Below are positions 40,622 to 49,062 of a stretch of 64,000 nucleotides of DNA, one piece after another. Made by a program: the position numbers and the translations under genes. The stretch's first letter is position 1. Every line of letters begins with the position of its first letter. This DNA is from an uncultured Planctomycetota bacterium (GTDB lineage: Bacteria > Planctomycetota > Planctomycetia > Isosphaerales > Isosphaeraceae), in the NCBI GenBank assembly GCA_963823665.1, contig CAWGMQ010000010.1, positions 992,001-1,056,000 of the forward strand, in the 5' to 3' direction. The notes beneath the pieces were generated by a model that was not told the DNA's origin, ran no database searches, and saw only the letters and a list, made by a program, of their open reading frames with translations.

Positions 40622-42781
40622 ATGAGACGAAGACCTCGCCCGGGCGCTCGCAAAAAGAACGCCATCCGCGCGCCGCGCCGATTTCTGGGCGACGTGACCG
40701 GTCTCGAGAAAAAGCCGCTCCGCACCGGCATGGCCCTTGACAGCGTGGGCCTCAATTTCATCGCTGCTCATGAGCTGGGGCCTGCCGGTGACCAGGCCGG
40801 CACGTTTACCGAAACCCCCGCGGGACCGAGCGGGGGTTTTGCGCAGGAGCCATACACGAACCCCGCCGGCAACGCCGCGATCGGATATGGCCATCTTCTG
40901 CACGACGGCAATGTCGATGCCACGGACCATGCAAACTATCCAACCCCAATCGATCAGGCGCAGGCCACTGCGCTCCTGACCGGCGACACGGCGAAGGCCG
41001 TCGCCGCCGTTAACAGCGACGTCAAGATCGTTTTGACCCAGGATCAATTCGATGCAATCGTCGACTTCGCCTACAACGAGGGGACCGGCGTCTTCGAGAA
41101 GTCGGCCCTGCTCAAGGATCTCAACGACGACGATCTCGGAAAGGTGCCGGCCCAGCTCGAGCGATGGGTTTACGGCGCGGTCGGTGGCAATGAAGGGGTG
41201 ATTCCCGGCCTGGTCAACCGGCGAAATGACGAATCCAACTTGTTTGAGGGACACATCAACAATGATAAGACAGGTGACGGCCCGGCCACCGGTTTCTCGC
41301 CAGGCCACCCCGGGAACACGTTCGGCGGTATCCACAACCGAGGCTGCAGTCCGGGCAGCGGTGAAACGGGCACCGGCGGCGGCGCCGGCAATATCGGCGG
41401 CGGTGGATTTCACACGGGCGTTGGCGGCGGCGCCATCACGCCGATCAATAGCACACTCGCGCTCAGGTATCTCAATTCTCTCGCGGGCTATACAACGTGC
41501 GACGGCTATTCACCGTTCAGCAACGGGGCATTGTACAACGGGGCATCGCCGTACGCCGGCAGCACGCCTGTTAATGGCAGCTCTGCCCCTTATGGGACGT
41601 CGCCGTTCTGCTATTCGTCGCCCAGCGGAGCCTCGCCGTACAACGATTATTACTCCGTGACCGGCAGCCCCGGCGGCGGAGGCGGCACAGGTGGCAGTGG
41701 AACCGCTGGTGGCGGCGGCGGGACGCACGGCGGCGGTGGTACGGTTGGCGGCGGAGGCGGCACGGGTGGTGGTGGGACCGTTGGCGGCGGAGGGGGGACG
41801 TTCGGCGGCGGCACAGTCGGTGGTGGTACGGTTGGCGGCGGAGGCGGCACGGGTGGTGGTGGGACCGTTGGAGGAGGAGGCGGCACGGGTGGCGGCGGGC
41901 CCACCGGAGGAGGAGGAGGTACTGGTGGCGGGGGCGGCACCGGCGGCGGTGGAGGAAATACAGGCGGCGGTGGCGGAAATACAGGCGGCGGTGGCGGAAA
42001 TACAGGCGGCGGTGGAGGAGGCGACACCGGAGGTGGCGGCGGTGGGGACACCGGAGGTGGCGGTGGAGGAGACTCCGGCGGTGGCGGTGGCAGTGATGTC
42101 ATTGCCTATGGCGCCGGCGCCATGACTCGTGCCGTGGTTGGGCAAGTCCAGCAAGCTGCCGCCGGGGTCACCCCGTACGGCGGGGGAGGGGGGGTCGTCC
42201 CCGCCGGCACCGCGGATGGCGGCTTGAAGTTTAGCCGAGGCCTCCTCGAGGATCACGGCGGAGGCGGAGGCGGCATGATGCACGACGGCGGCATGCGCGG
42301 CGCCCAGGGAACCGGCGATTTCGCACACGGCTTCAGCTCGGAAGGCTTCTGGCTGGACACGAACGGCACCGCGACTCTTCTCACGCCGGGTTACGCGGCC
42401 TCCACCAGCAACGCGGACTTGAATGCGATCACCCCGATTTCACCTGAGATCTCAAACCCGCCGAGCTCGACGTCGATGGCCATGAGTTCTGCCGAGCTGC
42501 ACGACGAGCCTGGCGTCTCGAGCCACGGAACAGATGAAGTTGTGTCCAACGATGATCGATCAACCGCCGGCGAGGGCAAGCTGCCGACCGAAGACAACGG
42601 CTCCACGACGGGCGAGGGTGACCCATCGGCGGAGGACAGTCTTCTGGCGGCAGGCGAGCGCCGTTCAGGAAACGAGGGCGATCCGCTCACGTCGCTCGAA
42701 CACACAGAATCGGTCACGCCTGATCACGTTTCACCGGCCGTGGACGCGGCGCTCAAACAGAATTCTGCGAGATCGGCTTGA
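40622..42781 (+). CDS. Exported GH24 (phage-lysozyme-like) domain protein with Tyr/Ser/Pro-rich segment, polyglycine tract and acidic tail
   Basis: GAGGAG RBS then MRRRPR..RRFLGDVTGLEKKPLRT (planctomycete leader-like); GLNFIAAHE..PYTNPAGNAAIGYGHLL, LTQDQFDAIVDFAYNEG..SALLKDLN and RWVY..PGLVNRRNDESNLF. Confidence 0.85.
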   Translation: MRRRPRPGARKKNAIRAPRRFLGDVTGLEKKPLRTGMALDSVGLNFIAAHELGPAGDQAGTFTETPAGPSGGFAQEPYTNPAGNAAIGYGHLLHDGNVDATDHANYPTPIDQAQATALLTGDTAKAVAAVNSDVKIVLTQDQFDAIVDFAYNEGTGVFEKSALLKDLNDDDLGKVPAQLERWVYGAVGGNEGVIPGLVNRRNDESNLFEGHINNDKTGDGPATGFSPGHPGNTFGGIHNRGCSPGSGETGTGGGAGNIGGGGFHTGVGGGAITPINSTLALRYLNSLAGYTTCDGYSPFSNGALYNGASPYAGSTPVNGSSAPYGTSPFCYSSPSGASPYNDYYSVTGSPGGGGGTGGSGTAGGGGGTHGGGGTVGGGGGTGGGGTVGGGGGTFGGGTVGGGTVGGGGGTGGGGTVGGGGGTGGGGPTGGGGGTGGGGGTGGGGGNTGGGGGNTGGGGGNTGGGGGGDTGGGGGGDTGGGGGGDSGGGGGSDVIAYGAGAMTRAVVGQVQQAAAGVTPYGGGGGVVPAGTADGGLKFSRGLLEDHGGGGGGMMHDGGMRGAQGTGDFAHGFSSEGFWLDTNGTATLLTPGYAASTSNADLNAITPISPEISNPPSSTSMAMSSAELHDEPGVSSHGTDEVVSNDDRSTAGEGKLPTEDNGSTTGEGDPSAEDSLLAAGERRSGNEGDPLTSLEHTESVTPDHVSPAVDAALKQNSARSA
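41670..42092 (+). repeat. Coding Gly-rich tandem repeats (T/NT/DT/TV followed by G3-6)
   Basis: 50-bp duplication at 41735-41784 and 41822-41871; 21-bp unit ggaaatacaggcggcggtgg(c/a) x3 from 41954; 24-bp DTGGGGGG units from ~42023. Confidence 0.95.
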
Positions 42782-42803
42782 TCGTCGAGAAAAGGGCGCG
42801 ACC

Positions 42804-45164
42804 GTGATTTCGACCAAAGACCTCTTTGCACATGCGACGGAGATGCACCGGGCCGGGAGAATCGATGTTGCGCTGACGTCGTTCATGAAGATCGTCGCAC
42901 GCGAGCCAGCGAATCCCGAGGCGCTTTACTGGATTGGCTGCATTCACAACCAGCGTGCCGAGTACGATCGTGCGGTCGAGGTTCTCAAGCGGGCGATCGT
43001 GGAACGCCCGGGCGTGCCGTCGTTCCATGTCGCGCTGGCCGAATCGTGCAGGAACCTCGGCGGGCTCAAGCGAGCGGCCGGCTGCTGCCGTACGGCGCTG
43101 AAGCTCAAGCCGGACTACCCCGAGGCACTGTGCACACTTGGTCTGGTGCTCCAGGCGCTCGGCCGTCCCGGTGAGGCGGCCGATCAGTTCCGGCGTGCGC
43201 TCGAGCTGCGGCCTGATTTCGCGCAGGCTCACCGGGATCTCGCGATGGTGCTTCGGGAGCTGGGCCATCGGGACCAGGCGATTGAACACCTGCGCTGCGC
43301 GGTTGACCTGGCGCCCAGGTACGCGGCGGCGCGGAGCGGCCTCTGCCTGATGCTGCTCGACTGTGGCGAGCCCGATGAGGCCTTGATCCACGGCCAGGAG
43401 GCGGTCCGGCTTCAGCCCGACCTGGCGGTCCATCATCACAATCTCGGAAACGTGCTCGAACGCCTCGACCGGCCGGACGAGGCGCGCGGCGCCTTTCTGG
43501 AAGCGCTGCGACTTGACCCGGAGCTGGCGCACAGCCATTTGCAGGTCGGAATGAACCTGAGGGCTCGAGGGCAGCTCGTGGAGGCGGAGCCGTGGTTCAA
43601 GCAGGCACTTGAGATCAATCCCGAGAACGCCTGGTTCTGGGAACAGCTTGCAGACCTCGAGCTGGAGCGTCAGGAGCACGCTGCGGCGATCCCGTGCTGG
43701 GAGCGAGCGATCGAGCTATCGGCGAAGGAGCGGGCGGGCCCGTACATCAGCCTGGGCTGGTCGCTTCACGAGGAGGGGCGGCTTACCGAGGCTTTTGAGC
43801 GGTACCGGACGGCGCTTCGGTTGCAGCCGGAGGCTGTGATGGCCCACATCAACATGGGAGGAATCTACGAGGAGCTCGGAGACATGGCGGCGGCGGAGGC
43901 CGCCTACCGCGCGGCGGTGGCAATCCAACCGAATTTCGGCCTCGCGTACGCCAGGCTAGCAACACTCTTGCGCGGTCGATTGCCCGCCCCCGACCGCGCC
44001 GCGATGGAAGAGCGATTGGCCGATCCGGAGACGAACCCATCGGCGCGGACGCGGCTGCTTTTCGCCCTCGGCCTTGTGCTGGACGCCGATGGTGAGTACG
44101 GGCGCGCCGCATTGTGCGCGCGGCAGGCCAACGCGCTCAACATGGAGCGAGAGCGACGGGCCCGCGGCTACACACCCCCTCTGCACGTGCAGTACGTGGA
44201 CGGTGTGATCAACGGGTTCACGCCCGCGTTTTTCGAGCGGGCGGCCGGTGGGGGATCAGATGACATCCGCCTGGTGTTCGTATTCGGTTTGCCGCGCTCG
44301 GGCACCACGCTCGTCGAGCAAATCCTCGCCAGCCATTCGCGCGTCCTGGGAGCAGGCGAGCTGAAGCTTGTCCGCCAGTCGTTTGATGCGATCCCGACAG
44401 TTCTCGAGAGCCCTGGCAGTGCGATCGAGGGCATCAAAGAGCTCGATGCAATCGCGGTCGAGCGACTGGCCGCGCAGCATCTGGCGCGGCTCGAAAGGCT
44501 GGTCGAGAATCGCCCCGCCGCGCGGATCGTCGACAAGATGCCGGACAATTATATCTATTTGGGGCTCATCGCGGCCATGTTTCCCCGGGCCGTTTTCATT
44601 CACTGCCGGCGCGATCTCCGGGATGTTGCACTGTCGACGTGGCTCACCGATTTCCGGCCCGAGAACATCCCCTGGGCCAGCGAACCCACTTACATAGGCT
44701 CGCGTTTTGAACAGTATCTGCGGCTCTTGGACCACTGGCGAAGCGTCATGCCGGCAAAGATCCACGAGGTGAATTACGAGGAAACGGTAGCGGACCTCGA
44801 AGGGGCCGCGAGGCGCCTGACGGAGGCGTGCGGCCTCGAATTCGAGCCACGGTGCCTGGACTTCCATCGCACGGAACGACGCGTCAAGACCGCGAGTCTT
44901 GGCCAGGTGCGTCAGCCAATTTATACGCACTCAGTCGGCCGATGGCGGAACTATGTCCCCGAGCTGGATGACCTGTTCCGGGCGATCCCGGCCGCAGCGC
45001 CCTGCACGGAATCGGCGAGCAATGGCCAGATCGATCAAGGATCGGTCATATCGCGATCCGGCAGTGCTCCGGAGCATCGAATGCCGGATGAGGTTCTCCC
45101 ACGCGACTTTTCTCAGGGTCGCCGGACGAAGGCCCCGCAAAGCCTCGAAACGCATGAGGTGTAA
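42804..45164 (+). CDS. TPR-repeat sulfotransferase (PAPS-dependent, Sulfotransfer_3/TPST-like)
   Basis: About 11 TPRs, then 5'-PSB FVFGLPRSGTTLVEQILASH, DKMPDN, 3'-PB RRDLRDVALS, YEETV and TASLGQVRQPIY..SVGRW. GTG start; no signal peptide. Confidence 0.92.
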   Translation: MISTKDLFAHATEMHRAGRIDVALTSFMKIVAREPANPEALYWIGCIHNQRAEYDRAVEVLKRAIVERPGVPSFHVALAESCRNLGGLKRAAGCCRTALKLKPDYPEALCTLGLVLQALGRPGEAADQFRRALELRPDFAQAHRDLAMVLRELGHRDQAIEHLRCAVDLAPRYAAARSGLCLMLLDCGEPDEALIHGQEAVRLQPDLAVHHHNLGNVLERLDRPDEARGAFLEALRLDPELAHSHLQVGMNLRARGQLVEAEPWFKQALEINPENAWFWEQLADLELERQEHAAAIPCWERAIELSAKERAGPYISLGWSLHEEGRLTEAFERYRTALRLQPEAVMAHINMGGIYEELGDMAAAEAAYRAAVAIQPNFGLAYARLATLLRGRLPAPDRAAMEERLADPETNPSARTRLLFALGLVLDADGEYGRAALCARQANALNMERERRARGYTPPLHVQYVDGVINGFTPAFFERAAGGGSDDIRLVFVFGLPRSGTTLVEQILASHSRVLGAGELKLVRQSFDAIPTVLESPGSAIEGIKELDAIAVERLAAQHLARLERLVENRPAARIVDKMPDNYIYLGLIAAMFPRAVFIHCRRDLRDVALSTWLTDFRPENIPWASEPTYIGSRFEQYLRLLDHWRSVMPAKIHEVNYEETVADLEGAARRLTEACGLEFEPRCLDFHRTERRVKTASLGQVRQPIYTHSVGRWRNYVPELDDLFRAIPAAAPCTESASNGQIDQGSVISRSGSAPEHRMPDEVLPRDFSQGRRTKAPQSLETHEV

Positions 45165-45168
45165 TACC

Positions 45169-47820
45169 ATGTCGAGGAGATCGCGCGGCAGTCGGCATCT
45201 GGTCCATCGCTTCCGTGCCGGCATCGAGCTGTTCGAGGGGCGGACGCTGCTTTCGGTCACCGCGAGCGCATTCAGCGAGAATGTGCTCGCGAACATGCCA
45301 TCCACGATCGAGCTGGGCCCCTACGTCGCCGACAGCGACCCGGGTGCGGCCTTGACGTTCGAGCTCGTCTCGACGACCACGAGCGACGGCGGCGCCGTCA
45401 GCGTGAACGCGGCGACCGGGCTCGTCAACTATACGCCGGCCGCCCTTTCGCCACCAACCGACTCGTTTGAGTATAGTGCCCGTGACTCCGACGGCGATTC
45501 TTCGAGCACGGTGACGGTCACGCTCAACCTGTCGTCACTGGCTGCCAACCCCGTCATCGTCAGCGAGGTCGAGGCGCAATCAACGATCGGACTCTCGATC
45601 GTGAATCTGCCGGGTGCCGTGCAGGATAGCGCGAGCAAACCGGCTTACACGTTCTCAAACGCTCTGGTCGCAAACGGCGCCGGCGGTACGGTGAGCCTGA
45701 CCGACACCAAAGAGGGCGCGTTCACATACACACCACCGAGCCCGAGCTTCACGGGAAATGTGATCATCTCCTACCAGGTCGCGGATGGAACGGGGACCGA
45801 AAGCTCCACAGTGCAGATCGACATCGGCCCGATTGCCGCCGACCCCGTCGTCTGGGGCACTCTCTCGAGCTCGAATGCGACGATTCCGTCGACCAATGTT
45901 CCAAGCTTGGTCGATCGAATCCATGATGTCAGCACACACCCGACTTATACATTTTCCAGTTCGATGATCCCTGCCGGAGAGGGAACGATCTCGAACTTGA
46001 ACCCGGCGACGGGGGCCTTCACGTATACTGCGCCCGACTCGACATTCAGCGGAGTGGTGCCGGTGCAGTATTCGGTGAGCAACGGCACGAATTCGACTTC
46101 GGGAAGCGTGACGATCGTTGTCGCGCCGCTGGTAACCCAACCGGTCACGGTCACCGAGCTGGATCATCAGACGAGCGTCTCGCTCGAGATCTTGAACCTG
46201 ACGGGAGCCGTGCAGGATTCTTCGAGCAGCCCCACGTACTCTTTCTCGAACCTGAGGATTGTCGACGGTGGGGGCTCGGTCGCTGCGGGGGGCTTCACCG
46301 ATACCACGACGGGGACCTTCACCTACAATCTGCCCGGCTCGGCAACGCCGCACCCGGTGCACATCGGATACACGGTCAGCGACGGCACGAACACGGCCAA
46401 CGGGGTTGTGACCATCCAGCTCGTGGGCATCGAGGTCAGCGCCGCGAATTTCGCGGTTCTGGAGAACACCCCGTCGAGCCTTCCCGCGCTTGTGGGCCGG
46501 ATTGTTGATGTCAACAGCACGCCGGCGTTCACATTTTCGAGCCCGTCGGTCCCCCTGGGTGACGGCACGGTCGTGTTCACGGACACGGCCAAAGGCGTCC
46601 TGAGCTACAGTCCCCCGGGTCCGACGTTCACGGGCACCTTTCCAGTTCAATACACCGTGAGCGACGGGACGAACGCGACGACCGGTGTGCTCAATCTGTC
46701 GGTGGCGGCGCTGGTCACGAGTCCGTTGCTCATTCCGTCGGCGTTGCAGACCGGGCCGACCGACGTGCCCAGTCTGGTGGCGAGTGGACACGTGGAGGAC
46801 GTCGCGGGCAGTCCAGTGTACACCTTCTCGAACTTGATGGTCGCGCCGGGCGACGGCACGGTGAAGCTCACGAATGCGGCTTCCGGCGCGTTCACGTACA
46901 CGCCCCCTTCCGACTCGTTTTTCGGCGTTGTGCAGGTGAGCTATACCGTCACAGACGGTGCGCTGCACTCCGCGAGCGGAAGCGTGGTCATCAATGTCGA
47001 AGAAACGATTCGCCCGGCTAGTGACGGCCCGCTTGCGGCGGTCGCGGGCCGCGCGTTCGTGATTCCCGCGGCCGAGCTCCTGCGGAACGACGTCGCTTCT
47101 CCCAACGGCCTGAAGCCTTCGATCGGCGCCGTGGGCGAGGCGACGAACGGGAAGGTGGTGCTGAACGCCGACGGGTCCGTCACATTCACCCCGACAACCG
47201 CGGGCCCGGCGAGCTTTGAATACGAGGACACCGACGCCGACCACGACGCCAGCCTCGCGGCGACGGTGAGACTGAGCGTCAAGATCGAGCCCACGATCTA
47301 CTGGAGCGATCCCGGAGACATCGTCCACGGCACGCCGCTTTCCGGAACGCAGCTCGATGCCTTCGCGAGCGTACCGGGATCGTTCACGTACAGCCCGCAG
47401 GCGCGCGCGATCCTGCCGGTCGGCAACGGTCAAACTCTTTCTGTCAACTTCACGCCTTTCGACACCACGGATTTCACGGGAGCCTCTGCCGCAGTCATCA
47501 TCAACGTCCGACCGGCCCCGCCCCCGGGCCTGTCAGTCCTGACGCATTCGTTCTCCGGCCGGCACAGAAGGAGCATCGGAGGCGCTATCGCGCAGCTTAA
47601 AACGACCTTGTCAAAGCCGAATGCAGCCTATTACAGCGCACTGGTCAACTGGGGTGACGGGGCTGTCGCCCGCGGCAAGCTTGTCAAGTCGGGTCGACAC
47701 GGCTTCAAGGTGAACGCGACTCATGTTTACCGCGTCGCCGGGACGTATCGTGCCACTTTGACGATCTCCGATCCGCTGGGGGATAGCGTGACCGAGCCGT
47801 TTACGGTTTTTGTGCACTGA
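45169..47820 (+). CDS. Exported cadherin-like/Ig-like tandem repeat surface protein with MBG-like and PKD-like C-terminal domains
   Basis: Leader MSRRSR..HRFRAGIELFEGRTLLS (planctomycete extracellular motif); about 7 repeats of ~97 aa YTFS..GTV..GAFTYTPP..F.G..YTVSDGT; PTIYWSDPGDIVHGTPLSGTQLDA; VNWGDG..THVY..GTY. Confidence 0.85.
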   Translation: MSRRSRGSRHLVHRFRAGIELFEGRTLLSVTASAFSENVLANMPSTIELGPYVADSDPGAALTFELVSTTTSDGGAVSVNAATGLVNYTPAALSPPTDSFEYSARDSDGDSSSTVTVTLNLSSLAANPVIVSEVEAQSTIGLSIVNLPGAVQDSASKPAYTFSNALVANGAGGTVSLTDTKEGAFTYTPPSPSFTGNVIISYQVADGTGTESSTVQIDIGPIAADPVVWGTLSSSNATIPSTNVPSLVDRIHDVSTHPTYTFSSSMIPAGEGTISNLNPATGAFTYTAPDSTFSGVVPVQYSVSNGTNSTSGSVTIVVAPLVTQPVTVTELDHQTSVSLEILNLTGAVQDSSSSPTYSFSNLRIVDGGGSVAAGGFTDTTTGTFTYNLPGSATPHPVHIGYTVSDGTNTANGVVTIQLVGIEVSAANFAVLENTPSSLPALVGRIVDVNSTPAFTFSSPSVPLGDGTVVFTDTAKGVLSYSPPGPTFTGTFPVQYTVSDGTNATTGVLNLSVAALVTSPLLIPSALQTGPTDVPSLVASGHVEDVAGSPVYTFSNLMVAPGDGTVKLTNAASGAFTYTPPSDSFFGVVQVSYTVTDGALHSASGSVVINVEETIRPASDGPLAAVAGRAFVIPAAELLRNDVASPNGLKPSIGAVGEATNGKVVLNADGSVTFTPTTAGPASFEYEDTDADHDASLAATVRLSVKIEPTIYWSDPGDIVHGTPLSGTQLDAFASVPGSFTYSPQARAILPVGNGQTLSVNFTPFDTTDFTGASAAVIINVRPAPPPGLSVLTHSFSGRHRRSIGGAIAQLKTTLSKPNAAYYSALVNWGDGAVARGKLVKSGRHGFKVNATHVYRVAGTYRATLTISDPLGDSVTEPFTVFVH

Positions 47821-47893
47821 GCGGAGTGTAACGACGGGGCGGCCTTCCAGTTCTGCTGTTTTCGGGAAAACTAGCGATTGGTCGTCCCGCACC

Positions 47894-47902
47894 TGATACA
47901 AT
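47894..47902 (+). promoter_or_regulatory. Extended -10 promoter candidate
   Basis: TGaTACAAT about 90 nt upstream of the ATG at 47992. Confidence 0.4.
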
Positions 47903-47991
47903 CTTGGTCAGACGAGTTCACCATGGCTGACCGCGGGGCTGAATCCCGCGTCGGCGTAGCAATGCCGCTATCGGGCCAATCGAGGATAGAG

Positions 47992-48924
47992 ATGGCAAAT
48001 CAACCGTCGAGTGTCAAGAACCAGGTCGGTCCGTTTGTTGCGGGCTCAACCATGAGCGACTTGATCGCCTTGGCCAGGATCGAGAACTTCGGCCTGCGCG
48101 TAGTCAACGCCCCGGAACAACTGCGCGACCCGGTCCGACAGCGCTACCAGGATCTGAAGGGGGCAGCCAGAGAGTATTTCTGCGACGACGACCAGTCCGC
48201 GTCGTTGCTGTTGCAGAAGACGGGCGACTCGGAATACATACCCGATTTCATTCAGTACGTGTACTGTTGGCTCGTTGAGGACCGCCTCTGCGGATTGATC
48301 CTCTCCGGCGTGAGCACGGACGTGGGGAATCACGAGCAGATCGACGGGCAAGAGAGTGCCTTCTGGGATCAATCGGCCGAGATTGCCCAGGCGCTTTCGA
48401 GCAAATACACTCAGAGCCCGGCTGCGCTCGTGAACTATTTCAATTTCACCGTGTACCCCGGGCTTCCGAGAGTTCCGGGCATCGATCCGCAGGGCGTCTT
48501 TTCGGCATTCCCGCGACTGGTGAAGAGCGAAGACGGTCACGAGCCGCCCGCGAGAATCGAAACGCACTACTGGGGCCCTGCCGTCTTGCTGCCTTCCGAC
48601 AGGGAGATTGGAGCGGAGGTTGCCACCACTGCCGCGCATACCAGCGAAGCGGCGCGGCGAATATGCTGCAACGAACAGTGGATCGTCGTATGTCTTCACG
48701 CTGTGGAGCGGTATGTGCGCACGATTGAGTCGCTGCACGTCTACACGAAGCTGATTTACATTTCCCGGGAGGTGATGGACGAGCTGGGCCGGAAGTTGAT
48801 TGCCCAGCGGGGCGCACAGGTGGAGGCCGAGGCCCGCGCCGAGATCGAGCGTTTCAAGCAATCGCGCTTCAAGTCCGAGGAGGAGAAGCAAGCGCGCATC
48901 TCGAAATTGTCCCAGATACTCTGA
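47992..48924 (+). CDS. Hypothetical protein with C-terminal coiled-coil
   Basis: GAGGA RBS before ATG 47992; protein-like composition; no family recognised. Confidence 0.65.
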   Translation: MANQPSSVKNQVGPFVAGSTMSDLIALARIENFGLRVVNAPEQLRDPVRQRYQDLKGAAREYFCDDDQSASLLLQKTGDSEYIPDFIQYVYCWLVEDRLCGLILSGVSTDVGNHEQIDGQESAFWDQSAEIAQALSSKYTQSPAALVNYFNFTVYPGLPRVPGIDPQGVFSAFPRLVKSEDGHEPPARIETHYWGPAVLLPSDREIGAEVATTAAHTSEAARRICCNEQWIVVCLHAVERYVRTIESLHVYTKLIYISREVMDELGRKLIAQRGAQVEAEARAEIERFKQSRFKSEEEKQARISKLSQIL

Positions 48925-48969
48925 AATGAATGCAGGCTCGCGGCGGCGGCGTTTACAGTGAAGCGTGAA

Positions 48970-49013
48970 GTAGGTCAGGCTTTAGCCTGACGATTGTGTA
49001 GGTCAGGCCTGAC
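48970..49013 (+). repeat. Two GTAG-footed REP hairpins between convergent genes
   Basis: GTAG-GTCAGGCT-TT-AGCCTGAC (48970-48991) and GTAG-GTCAGGCCTGAC (48998-49013). Confidence 0.8.
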
Positions 49014-49062
49014 TCCTCGCTCGAGCGCTGTCCTTCTCATGGAATTGCTGCTGCGGCTGCAC

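Noticed and set aside
41650..42102. Polyproline ORF on the minus strand
   Set aside because: It is simply the reverse complement of the polyglycine codons.
40622..42781. Lysozyme as evidence of a prophage
   Set aside because: No holin, spanin, structural, terminase or integrase genes; the domain is fused to a host-type export leader in a host-like operon.
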